Positions 1-8,394 of a stretch of 27,411 nt of DNA are shown piece after piece (the first letter of the stretch is position 1; each line of letters opens with the position of its first letter). The stretch covers positions 1 through 27,411 of the forward strand of contig CAZFUU010000001.1 in NCBI GenBank assembly GCA_964522565.1, given 5' to 3'. Below the pieces are notes generated by a model. The model was not told the origin of the DNA. It ran no database searches and was given only the letters and a program-made list of their open reading frames with translations. The DNA is from an uncultured bacterium (GTDB lineage: Bacteria > Omnitrophota > Omnitrophia > Omnitrophales > Danuiimicrobiaceae). Both the position numbers and the translations under genes were made by a program.

Positions 1-96
1 TGATGGCTGAGTCGCTTCCCTGATGTTTCAAGAATGCTACAACGGCGCGAGCCGCATTCCCCCGAAGAAAACCAAATGCCCGTTTTGAGAAATTTT

Positions 97-441
97 TTAA
101 CAATATTTTTCGACAATCTCGCCGGCAACCGGAAGTTTATAGCGCTCGCCCTGATAGGCCTTGACCATTAAAATAACCCACACCACAACGGCAAGCAAAG
201 ACAACAACCCGCCCAGCAAAACGCCCAAGACCGGGATCAGCATCAGCACCCAGTGAGCGACAAAAATCGCGCCGAACACGACAATCGACTGGATCGCATG
301 AAAACGAACAAACGGGTTCTTCTCGATCAAAAGGAAAATCACTCCGCTGACAAATCCCAGCACGTACGAAAGAAGAGCGGCCACGTTTGGCTGAATGCCG
401 GTATCTGTTTTTCCCAAATCCTTTGTTTCATTGGTCGTCAC
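97..441 (-). CDS. DUF4870 (Tic20-like) small membrane protein, ~114 aa
   Basis: TGIQPNVAALLSYVLGFVSGVIFLLIEK..FVRFHAIQS and a C-terminal KAYQGERYKLPVAG motif. Start moved to GTG at 441, which follows AGGAGG. Confidence 0.85.
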   Translation of the reverse strand: MTTNETKDLGKTDTGIQPNVAALLSYVLGFVSGVIFLLIEKNPFVRFHAIQSIVVFGAIFVAHWVLMLIPVLGVLLGGLLSLLAVVVWVILMVKAYQGERYKLPVAGEIVEKYC

Positions 442-484
442 GGCTTCCCTCCTTGTTAAAATCGAACCGGAAAACGGATCCTGA

Positions 485-1807
485 TTATTCAATAAAATGC
501 TTTTCAAGTATCGCGATTTTTTTCGCGGCGTCTCCCGCAAGTTCTTCGGGATATGAAATATCTTTCAACAACTGATACGCGGCCCGCCAGTCTTCCCTCT
601 CTATCAGATAAACGGCTTGTTCATGGTTCTTCTGAACCGCCATCAATGCTTCTTCGTTATTTTCCCGGATCACTTTTGCCTTCGCCTCCAAATCTTCTCT
701 TAACGCCGAGAAATCTGTGGAGGTCCCCTGCGGCGCGGGCGTCCGGGCCTGACGAATAATTGCCGTCTGAATCTCCTGGTCAATCTGCGAAAAAACTGGC
801 GGGTATTCCGGCGGAAGAGATGATTCCGGTGCCTGTGCGTATTGATTGATACGGCTCAAAAGATCTTCGGCCAGCATGCTTGCCTTGTTCCAGTCCCGCG
901 AATCAATCGCGCCCGCCAAGTCCTGATAGGATTGATCGATGCGGCGAAGCGAGTCACCCGACTGCTGATACGCAAAATATCCGCCGAACGCCGCCAGCTT
1001 CCCCAGAACATCGTTAATATACGGCCGAAGCATCACAAGGGCAATTGCGCGGTTTTTTTCAACGCTATTTTGATAAACGGGCAGTGCCAATCCGCTCAAC
1101 AGGGCATTTCTTGCCTGAAGATAATCTCCCTGCTCATAAAATTGGGCTGCTTTCAGATATCCGTTCTCGAACGCTTTTGTCACCCCCCGGACATACGCCC
1201 ATCCCAATGGAATTTTCCGCTGTTCCTGCGCCGATTTTAAAAATGCCTTGAAATCATCCAGGGACCAGAAATTCAAGGTTGGCGCTTGAGTTAATCCGGC
1301 AACGGAAGGGGCTCGGCGTTCCAAAATGTCAATTTCTCTCTCGCCAAGAGATCGTGGAATGGTTAATTGAAACGGCATTTTCAGTTGTGTCTTTTCATCT
1401 TCGGTCAAATCCGGCTTTTTTGCAACCACGGAAAGAACTGTCTTGGGTTGCGGCGGCTGAATCCGCAAAGGCGCGGGGGCAGACGTTTGCGGCAGAAACA
1501 GAGGCGATTTTTTGATCGAAGACAAGGCGTTTGAAACGGGCGCTTTAAAAAATAAAATTATTCCGCCAATCAAAAACGCCAGAACACAGCAAACAACGAA
1601 AATCCTGATCGCCAGCGATGAAAAGAAAAAATGCGGCGACGAAGCTCCTTGCGTTGCGGCTGTTTTAACCCGGGACACTTCCTTGTCCGCGCGGTCGTCT
1701 TCCAGAAGAGGGTCCAAAGCCGTTGTCCAAAAACACTTCGGACACCGTCTCAGATCTTCATTGCTCAAAATAAACACATGGCCGCAATGGCCGCATCGAA
1801 ATTTCAT
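485..1807 (-). CDS. Hypothetical bitopic membrane protein: N-terminal CxxC..CxxC zinc ribbon, one TM helix, Pro-rich linker, helical C-terminal domain
   Basis: 440-aa ORF with CGHC...CPKC, a hydrophobic stretch IFVVCCVLAFLIGGIILFF, and a predicted promoter upstream. Confidence 0.8.
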   Translation of the reverse strand: MKFRCGHCGHVFILSNEDLRRCPKCFWTTALDPLLEDDRADKEVSRVKTAATQGASSPHFFFSSLAIRIFVVCCVLAFLIGGIILFFKAPVSNALSSIKKSPLFLPQTSAPAPLRIQPPQPKTVLSVVAKKPDLTEDEKTQLKMPFQLTIPRSLGEREIDILERRAPSVAGLTQAPTLNFWSLDDFKAFLKSAQEQRKIPLGWAYVRGVTKAFENGYLKAAQFYEQGDYLQARNALLSGLALPVYQNSVEKNRAIALVMLRPYINDVLGKLAAFGGYFAYQQSGDSLRRIDQSYQDLAGAIDSRDWNKASMLAEDLLSRINQYAQAPESSLPPEYPPVFSQIDQEIQTAIIRQARTPAPQGTSTDFSALREDLEAKAKVIRENNEEALMAVQKNHEQAVYLIEREDWRAAYQLLKDISYPEELAGDAAKKIAILEKHFIE

Positions 1808-1832
1808 AAAAATCCTTCCCGATTTAGCTCAT

Positions 1833-1861
1833 AGTGTAGGCACAGCGTGAAACAAAATCAA
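1833..1861 (-). promoter_or_regulatory. Putative sigma70 promoter for the 440-aa gene
   Basis: Minus strand reads TTGATT-17 nt-TACACT. Confidence 0.45.
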
Positions 1862-2035
1862 TCTGAAAAAATCTGAATTTTTTCATTTTAGCGCGGGACG
1901 CGGGGACAAGTCGAATGTTGACTTTGGACATATCTCTGAATGCGGTAAAACATGGACGAACGCGGGGGGAAACGACCCAGGCTTTGGCGGGGGTGATACA
2001 GGATCTTCGAAGATACTCGCCGAAGCCACGGCGCT

Positions 2036-2428
2036 TTAAGCCGCGGCATCCAGCGCTTTTATAATTTTGGCGACAAGCTCGTCGTTTTTAAAAATCAGGC
2101 CGTCATGCTCCACTCCTTCAAGAAATGCCTGAAGTTTTTCGGCCGGATACCCGGTCACGATATAAATCGGGACATGAGACAGGGCTTCGATTTTTTTAAG
2201 AATTGAAATGATTTGGGTGCCGCTTGCCTGCGGAAGGTGAAAATCAATAAAAAGGACATCCGGCTTGGCAAAGATAATATCGTCTATCGTTTTATAACCG
2301 CTTTCGGAAACACAGGTACAAATCTCAAACCGGGAATGATTCAGCGACAAGCTGAGCATTTCCAGGAAATCCTTGTCGTCGTCAATAAAATACGCCCGTT
2401 TTCGCTGGGTGACAATTTCAGATGACAT
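2036..2428 (-). CDS. Single-domain response regulator (CheY-like receiver)
   Basis: FIDDD acidic pocket, PDVLFID phospho-Asp, IVTGY Thr and the conserved Lys in IFK. Confidence 0.9.
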   Translation of the reverse strand: MSSEIVTQRKRAYFIDDDKDFLEMLSLSLNHSRFEICTCVSESGYKTIDDIIFAKPDVLFIDFHLPQASGTQIISILKKIEALSHVPIYIVTGYPAEKLQAFLEGVEHDGLIFKNDELVAKIIKALDAAA

Positions 2429-2610
2429 ATTGTTTTTAATCCCTCTATGAACTTTACCACATGATACGGGAAAGAAAAGGGGCGGGAATCAAATAAAAAC
2501 AACAGGGAAAATCTTATTTTATTTCGAAACAAAGTCGTATGTGCTGATGCGTTCAAGCCATAACAAAATGCCCCCTGGCTTAATAAAACCCCCAATTATC
2601 CCGAAAAAAC

Positions 2611-2639
2611 TTGCAAAACCAATGTCGAATCGTTAAACT
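2611..2639 (+). promoter_or_regulatory. Putative sigma70 promoter of hflKC
   Basis: TTGCAA-17 nt-TAAACT, ending 19 nt before the ATG at 2659. Confidence 0.5.
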
Positions 2640-2658
2640 GGCCAGCAAAGGAGATAAA

Positions 2659-3753
2659 ATGCCGGAACCGAACGAATGGATGAAAAATCAAAGCCCCGAC
2701 AATGATCCGCCCCGGGATATTTTTGAGCGCATTTTCACGGACATTCGCATTATTTTCCTTGTTTTGATTATTCTTCTCCTCGGCTGGCTCGCCAGCGGAA
2801 TTTATGTCGTCCAGGAAGGCGAAATCGGCGTCATTCGCAGGTTCGGGAAAGAAGTCCGGCAAAGCTCCGCGGGCATCAATTACCGGCTTCCCTGGCCGGT
2901 TGAAACGGTGAACAAAGTCGACGTCGCATCTATCCGGCGCGCAGAGATAGGTTTCCGCACCAACAAAGGCCCCGCGCAAAGAACCCAGCGTGCCATTTCC
3001 GAGTCGCTCATGCTGACAGGCGATGAAAATATCGTCGACGCGCAAATGATCATTCAATATAAGGTACGGGATCCTTCCAAATTTTTATTCCGCCTGAGAG
3101 AACCGGAAGAAACGCTCCGGGTCGCCGCGGAAGTCGCCCTCAGAAGCACCGTCGGGAGGACAACCATTGACGATGTTTTAACCGTCGGCCGAGCCAAAGT
3201 TCAGGTGGAAACCGTCGCGTTTCTGCAAAAACTCATGGATGATTACGTCTCCGGAATTTTAATCACGGAATTGAAACTGCAAGTAGTCGATCCGCCTGAA
3301 CAGGTGAAAGACGCGTTTCATGAAGTCGTCCGCGCCCGCGAAGACCGCGAACGCGTAATCAATCAGTCGCGCGGCTATAAAGAAGACGTCATTCCAAAAG
3401 CCCGGGGAGAGGCCCAAAGAATTCTTCGGGAAGCGGAAGGGTATAAACAGGAGCGTATTCTGAAAGCCAGCGGGGACAGCGCCCGGTTTCTGGCGCTTTA
3501 CGAAGAGTATCAGAAAGCGAAAAAAGTCACGCGTGACCGGCTTTATTTGGAAACGATGGGAAGAATTCTTCCCCGAACGGATAAAATCCTTGTCGACCCG
3601 AATGCAAACGCGACCATCCTCCCCGTGATGGCTGCCGGCGCGAAATACATGGTACAATCCGATTATCAAAAAGCGCTTGACGGCGGAACTTCCCAGCCGG
3701 CGATGACGGCGGACGAATATGCCAAATCGATGATACGCAGGAGGAGCTTGTAA
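2659..3753 (+). CDS. hflK: FtsH protease modulator HflK (SPFH family)
   Basis: One TM helix, GLxYRLPWP-like GINYRLPWPVETV, MLTGDENIV, AFHEVVRAREDRER and RDRLYLETM. AAGGAG precedes the ATG at 2659. Followed directly by hflC. Confidence 0.95.
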   Translation: MPEPNEWMKNQSPDNDPPRDIFERIFTDIRIIFLVLIILLLGWLASGIYVVQEGEIGVIRRFGKEVRQSSAGINYRLPWPVETVNKVDVASIRRAEIGFRTNKGPAQRTQRAISESLMLTGDENIVDAQMIIQYKVRDPSKFLFRLREPEETLRVAAEVALRSTVGRTTIDDVLTVGRAKVQVETVAFLQKLMDDYVSGILITELKLQVVDPPEQVKDAFHEVVRAREDRERVINQSRGYKEDVIPKARGEAQRILREAEGYKQERILKASGDSARFLALYEEYQKAKKVTRDRLYLETMGRILPRTDKILVDPNANATILPVMAAGAKYMVQSDYQKALDGGTSQPAMTADEYAKSMIRRRSL

Positions 3754-4626
3754 ATGTCAAAGCGTCTGATTCCTTTTATCACCTTGGGGGCGCTGATCAT
3801 CCTGACCCTGTTGCCGCAGTCGCTTTTCGTCATTAATGAATGGGAGCAATGCATCATTACCAAATTCGGCCAGTACCGGCGCACCATCCGGGAGCCGGGT
3901 CTTCACTTGAAAATCCCGTTTCTTGAAAACGTCCAGCGTTATGACAAGCGCATTCTTGCCAATGACGCGCTGCCGGGCGAATATTTAACGAAAGACAAAA
4001 AACGCTTGTTGGCCGATCACGTGGTGCGATGGAAAATTTCCGATCCGCTGTTATTTTTCAAGTCGGTCCGAAACGAATTCGGCGCTTCTCACCGTTTGGA
4101 TGACATTGTGTTTTCGGAAATGCGGCGGGAATTGGCTGAAAACGATTTCGCCGATATTATCGCCCAGAAACGCGAACTTTTGATGGAAAATATTGCCGCC
4201 CGCGCGCATGAGTTGTCCAAGCAATTCGGAATCAACGTGGTTGATGTGCGCATCAAACGTGCCGATCTTCCTTTGGAAGTGCAGGCAAGCGTTTTTGCCC
4301 GGATGGTGGCGGAACGGGAACGCATCGCAAAACGTTACCGTTCCGAAGGCGAAGAAGAAGCGCAAAAAATCCGCGCGGAAACGGACAAGGAACGAACCAT
4401 TTTGCTCGCCGGGGCCTATGAAGAAGCCCAAAAAATCCGCGGAGAAGGCGAACAGGAGTCAACGCGGATTTATGCCGAAGCGTTCGGGAAAGATCCGGAA
4501 TTTTACCGGTTTATTAAAAGTATGGACACCTACGAACAAACCCTCCGGGAAGGAACCTCTCTCATCCTTTCATCGGATTCGGAATTATTCAGGTATTTTC
4601 AGCCTGTGACGCCGCGCGCTGAATAA
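3754..4626 (+). CDS. hflC: FtsH protease modulator HflC
   Basis: PGLHLKIPF, VDVRIKRADLP, RMVAERERIAKRYRSEGEEEA and AFGKDPEFYRFIKSM. Abuts hflK. Confidence 0.95.
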   Translation: MSKRLIPFITLGALIILTLLPQSLFVINEWEQCIITKFGQYRRTIREPGLHLKIPFLENVQRYDKRILANDALPGEYLTKDKKRLLADHVVRWKISDPLLFFKSVRNEFGASHRLDDIVFSEMRRELAENDFADIIAQKRELLMENIAARAHELSKQFGINVVDVRIKRADLPLEVQASVFARMVAERERIAKRYRSEGEEEAQKIRAETDKERTILLAGAYEEAQKIRGEGEQESTRIYAEAFGKDPEFYRFIKSMDTYEQTLREGTSLILSSDSELFRYFQPVTPRAE

Positions 4627-5380
4627 AGCGAAGCGGTTTCTCGAAAAAATCCTTGCCCGCAATCACGGAAAGCTCATTGTGAGTTCCATCCTGAATAGCA
4701 AAAATTTCTTTTGGGCCGGGCGCCTTTTCATATAATTTTTCCGCCATCGAAAAAGGCGCGATTTCATCCTGTGTTCCGTGCAAAATAAAAACAGGACAAC
4801 GAGCCTTCCCGATGATGGTTTCGTTATCAAGCTTGAAATCCCCCAAAAACATCCCGGCAACCGGCCCATAATGTTTTTTTCCGAGTTCTTCCATCGAAGT
4901 AAACGCGCTTTCCAAAATCAGGGAGTGAAACGCTTCCTGGGACGCCAATTCAACCGCCGGCGCCGAGCCGATCGATTCCCCGTAAAGAATAACCTGCCGG
5001 TTTTGAAACCCTCTTTGATTGAGCCAGGTGACGGCCGCTCGTGAATCCGCCATTAAATCGGACCCTTTTTTGATGCTTCCTTCGCTTTTACCGTAACCGC
5101 GATAATCCAGCAAAAAAACGGAAACGCCGTTTGTGACCCAATCTTTGGCTTTAAACAGCCGCATCGAAATATTTCCGGCGTTGCCATGGAGCAAAAGAAG
5201 ACAGGTTTTGCTTTCAGGCGCCGGTAAAAACCATCCATGCAGCCGGACATTGTCTTCCGTATTCAGATACACATCTTCCGCCTGCAATCCGAAATCTTCG
5301 GGCATTTGCACAAATTCTTTCGTCGGAAAAAAAATCATGGTCGCGATCATCGTATTCACCAGCCATTTGATTATATTCAT
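4589..5380 (-). CDS. Alpha/beta hydrolase (ABHD13/Bem46-like), ~263 aa
   Basis: HGNAGN oxyanion motif, DYRGYGKSEG, GESIG nucleophile elbow, HGTQDE Asp and GTHN His. Start moved to 5380 because the longer ORF overlaps plsY antisense. Confidence 0.9.
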   Translation of the reverse strand: MNIIKWLVNTMIATMIFFPTKEFVQMPEDFGLQAEDVYLNTEDNVRLHGWFLPAPESKTCLLLLHGNAGNISMRLFKAKDWVTNGVSVFLLDYRGYGKSEGSIKKGSDLMADSRAAVTWLNQRGFQNRQVILYGESIGSAPAVELASQEAFHSLILESAFTSMEELGKKHYGPVAGMFLGDFKLDNETIIGKARCPVFILHGTQDEIAPFSMAEKLYEKAPGPKEIFAIQDGTHNELSVIAGKDFFEKPLRFIQRAASQAENT

Positions 5381-5428
5381 ATGAATTGAGTTGCTTTTTG
5401 AAAATCCTGCCGGTATATTAACGCCGTT

Positions 5429-6070
5429 ATGATTTTTATCAACAATATTCTTTGGGCTCTGCTGGCATTTCTCGCAGGATCCATTCCGTCCGCTTATCTT
5501 GTCGCCAAATACGTCAAAGGCATCGATATTCGGGAACACGGAAGCGGAAACGTCGGCGCGACCAATGTTTTTCGCGTGGTCGGCAAAAAATGGGGTGTCG
5601 TTGTTTTTCTCCTGGATGCCCTCAAGGGCTGGATTGCCGCCGTGATTATCGCAACATCTCCGGACGCTTTTGTCAATCTGACTTATCCCCTGAAGCAACT
5701 CCTCTTCGGCGGAGCCGCGATTTGCGGGCACACGTTTACGCCGTGGCTGAAATTTAAAGGCGGCAAAGGCGTGGCAACGGCGGCCGGAGCGCTCCTCGGA
5801 ATTTTTCCGTTCGCGACACTCATCGCGATTCTCATATGGGCAATCGCGTTTGCCATTAGCCGTTATGTTTCAATTGCTTCGATGATTTCGGCGGCTTTGT
5901 TCCCGGTTTTGCTGGTCATTTTCCACCGAAGCACGGAGTCATTTGAACTTGTTTTCTCGGTTTGTGTGATTCTGGCGGGCTTGTTGATTTATAACCACCG
6001 TTCAAATATCCGGCGCCTGTTTGAAGGCCGGGAAGCACGGGCTCGGTTCACCAATCAAAAAACAAAATAG
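5429..6070 (+). CDS. plsY: Glycerol-3-phosphate acyltransferase PlsY
   Basis: GSIPSAY, DIREHGSGNVGATNVFR, GHTFTPWLKFKGGKGVATAAG and HRSNIRRL motifs. Confidence 0.95.
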   Translation: MIFINNILWALLAFLAGSIPSAYLVAKYVKGIDIREHGSGNVGATNVFRVVGKKWGVVVFLLDALKGWIAAVIIATSPDAFVNLTYPLKQLLFGGAAICGHTFTPWLKFKGGKGVATAAGALLGIFPFATLIAILIWAIAFAISRYVSIASMISAALFPVLLVIFHRSTESFELVFSVCVILAGLLIYNHRSNIRRLFEGREARARFTNQKTK

Positions 6071-6092
6071 CCCCGCTCGTGCGGCTGTTTCA

Positions 6093-6124
6093 GCTACTGT
6101 CCGGACTCATGTCTGGACAATAGC
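6093..6124. terminator. Hairpin between convergent plsY and the dsbD-like gene
   Basis: TGTCCGGAC-tcat-GTCTGGACA stem (one G-T pair) flanked by GCTA/TAGC. No clear U-tract. Confidence 0.4.
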
Positions 6125-7321
6125 TTACTCGTTCAACACATCAAGCAGTGAATTGCCCAGCGCCTGAAACTCGCCCGCTGAAACAAAGCCGGTGATTCGG
6201 GTATATTCAAATTCACGTCCGTCGGGACGAAGAAAAATAACGGTAGGCACGCCGAAAATGTCGTAACGGTTAATGATTTCCTCGGAAACGGCGTCATCCG
6301 GATCCGTTAAATCCATTTTAAATTTTTCAAACGGCTCAAACGCTTCAATGACCTGCGGATGCGAGTATGTAAACCTGTCCAGCTGATGACAGCTGATGCA
6401 CCAATCGGCGGAAAAATACAAGACAACGGGTTTTCCTTCCCTGAAAGCGGCTTCCAAAGAATCATCCGAATACGCGCGCCAGTTCATTTTTTCGCCCGGA
6501 GCGATAAAAAAAATCACCAAAGCGGCGACGACGCCGGCCGTTCCAACAACATGCCGCAGACGGGTGAAAACCTTACTGCCTTTCCCCGATTCATCAACAA
6601 AACCCAAATAAAACGCCCCGCTTCCTATTACAAGAGGCACAACAAGAGACAAGAAAGAAGGCGCCCATGCCACGCACAAATAAAAAGCCGCCAACCCGAT
6701 TAAAAGAACGCCGAACAGTTTTTTAATCCAAACCATCCACGCCCCCGACCGAGGCAAGCGGTCAAGCAACCCGGCAAAAGTCCCTAAAATCAGATAGGGG
6801 AATCCCAGCCCCATGGATAAAACAAAAAAAGTGATGAATCCTTTCCAGGCATTCCCTTCCTGCCCGACAACGGTCAAGAGCGCAATAATAGGAGGCCCGA
6901 CACAGGGAGCGGCAAATAACCCCACGAACATTCCGGAAAAGAAAAGACCTGCCAGACCAATATGCCGGAATCCTCCGATCCGGCCAAGCCAGGAAGACGG
7001 AATTTGAAATTCATACGCACCGAGCATCCCCGCGGATAGCACAAGCATGACCAGGGCAATGACCGTTAACGCCAAAGGCGTTTGGAAAAAAGCGCCGAAT
7101 AATTTTCCCGTTAATGCCGCGGCCAGGCCGAGAGAGCTGTACATGACGGCAATACCCAATACAAAAACCGCCGACCGCCCGAAAGCCAGAACCGAGTTTG
7201 CTGATTTTTTTCCGCCGAAAAGCGCCACGGTAACCGACAACATCGGATAAACGCAAGGAGTTAAATTAAGCGCGAGCCCTGATAAAAAAACGCCCAGTAA
7301 CCCCAGAATCGACAATTCCAT
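6125..7321 (-). CDS. Thiol:disulfide interchange protein, DsbD-like (TM domain plus thioredoxin domain, no N-terminal alpha domain)
   Basis: LTPCVYPM and APCVGP TM cysteines, LPRSGAWMV, and a C-terminal FSADWCISC thioredoxin motif with GVPT. Confidence 0.9.
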   Translation of the reverse strand: MELSILGLLGVFLSGLALNLTPCVYPMLSVTVALFGGKKSANSVLAFGRSAVFVLGIAVMYSSLGLAAALTGKLFGAFFQTPLALTVIALVMLVLSAGMLGAYEFQIPSSWLGRIGGFRHIGLAGLFFSGMFVGLFAAPCVGPPIIALLTVVGQEGNAWKGFITFFVLSMGLGFPYLILGTFAGLLDRLPRSGAWMVWIKKLFGVLLIGLAAFYLCVAWAPSFLSLVVPLVIGSGAFYLGFVDESGKGSKVFTRLRHVVGTAGVVAALVIFFIAPGEKMNWRAYSDDSLEAAFREGKPVVLYFSADWCISCHQLDRFTYSHPQVIEAFEPFEKFKMDLTDPDDAVSEEIINRYDIFGVPTVIFLRPDGREFEYTRITGFVSAGEFQALGNSLLDVLNE

Positions 7322-7331
7322 TCTTCACCTT

Positions 7332-7378
7332 AAAAGAAAAGGGAGAGGGTTCGGTTTACTCACGCCGAATCCTCTCCC
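7332..7378 (-). terminator. Intrinsic terminator after the 178-aa gene
   Basis: Minus strand: GGGAGAGGATTCGG-10 nt-CCGAACCCTCTCCC (one mismatch) followed by TTTTCTTTT. Confidence 0.75.
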
Positions 7379-7411
7379 ATCTTGTTCGAAACGACCGAAC
7401 AAATGATTTGA

Positions 7412-7948
7412 TTATTCAAACACCGGCTTCCCGTCGACGGCCTCTACTACCGCATCCACAATTTCATATGTGCCGTCTTCAAGTTTTTCAACGTAAATCC
7501 CAACGGCGTATTTCTTGTTGTCTTCGCCGGTGAAATTACCCTTGAGCAAATATTCGTTTTCTATCACTTGCAGGACTTCGCCGTCAACATCCGAAAACTG
7601 CAAATTAAGCAAATTCCCCGTGTCCGGATCATCGACTTCAAAAGATCCAACCGAGCTGATTTCATCACGGACCAAATCAGCGGCGGCCGCAAGGATCGGA
7701 GCCGCTTCTTCAGCTGAGAGCTGAATTTCCGCGTACCCGAGCTCTGTTTCATCCAAATCAAAAATCGCGATTTCGTCAATCTCCTCTTCAACGACTGCTT
7801 CTCCTCCGGCATCAGTTGCCTGAACAACAACCTGCTTCACTTCTTCTTTTACCGCCCGCGCCGTTCCGACAAACGCAAAATACGCCGCCAGAATACAAAC
7901 GACAAAAAACGCAAAGCCGGTAATCCACATTTTCCTATTCTGATTCAT
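7412..7948 (-). CDS. Secreted, highly acidic hypothetical protein
   Basis: 178 aa with a signal-peptide-like N-terminus ending ARA, GGAGGA SD, and its own terminator. Confidence 0.8.
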   Translation of the reverse strand: MNQNRKMWITGFAFFVVCILAAYFAFVGTARAVKEEVKQVVVQATDAGGEAVVEEEIDEIAIFDLDETELGYAEIQLSAEEAAPILAAAADLVRDEISSVGSFEVDDPDTGNLLNLQFSDVDGEVLQVIENEYLLKGNFTGEDNKKYAVGIYVEKLEDGTYEIVDAVVEAVDGKPVFE

Positions 7949-8325
7949 AACTAATCCTCCTCTGTATTATTTATTTGCGTAGTTTAAACCGATTCTCTCC
8001 GAAAAGCAACACCGGATATTTTTGCCGTTTATGCACTTTTCACTGCCATTCAAGGGGCGTATCTGATGCTGAAGCGGGATATTTACCCGTATCATATGCT
8101 AACATGAACAAGCCCCTGTGTGGACGGTTTGATGCGACACCCCGCCCTTTCTTCCCAAACAATCGCGCATCTATAAGGACGCGTTGTTTTTCCCAATCCG
8201 GTTTTATTCCGGAAATTTTTCGCACCGAACCATTTTCCCGCGATCATTCAGCGAAAAATTCGGTTTTCCAAAAATTGAAAAAATCTGTCGTCGCAAAATT
8301 TTTTTCATTTTTTGTCTTTTTTCCC

Positions 8326-8353
8326 TTGCACACTCAGGCGAATTTGCTAGAAT
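8326..8353 (+). promoter_or_regulatory. Putative sigma70 promoter of the hss-decarboxylase operon
   Basis: TTGCAC-16 nt-TAGAAT with an extended -10 (TGcTAGAAT). Confidence 0.55.
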
Positions 8354-8394
8354 CCAAATTTAGAAAAACTTTTTCAACAAAAAGGGGATTGATC

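Noticed and set aside
1-96. Possible start of a further minus-strand gene at the left edge
   Set aside because: Too short to support a call.
442-540. N-terminal extension of the DUF4870 ORF
   Set aside because: It overlaps the upstream gene's 3' end, and a strong SD precedes GTG 441.
5381-5731. 117-aa extension of the hydrolase ORF
   Set aside because: It is antisense to plsY and does not look protein-like.
8031-8048. Sigma54-like TGGCAGTGAAAAGTGCAT on the minus strand
   Set aside because: GG-GC spacing is 11 nt, whereas sigma54 needs 10.
8052-8120. Partial resemblance to TPP, yybP-ykoY or SAM-I riboswitch starts
   Set aside because: Core motifs are missing (TPP CUGAGA and ACCUGA, SAM-I GCAAC, the yybP L3 loop), so it is kept only as an unassigned structure.
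8040-8225. 61-aa minus-strand ORF in the intergenic gap
   Set aside because: GTG start, no SD and no recognisable features.
7975-8394. 140-aa extension of hss
   Set aside because: Phe/Lys-rich translation of intergenic DNA that contains the predicted promoter; homology starts at MKVKFQNK.
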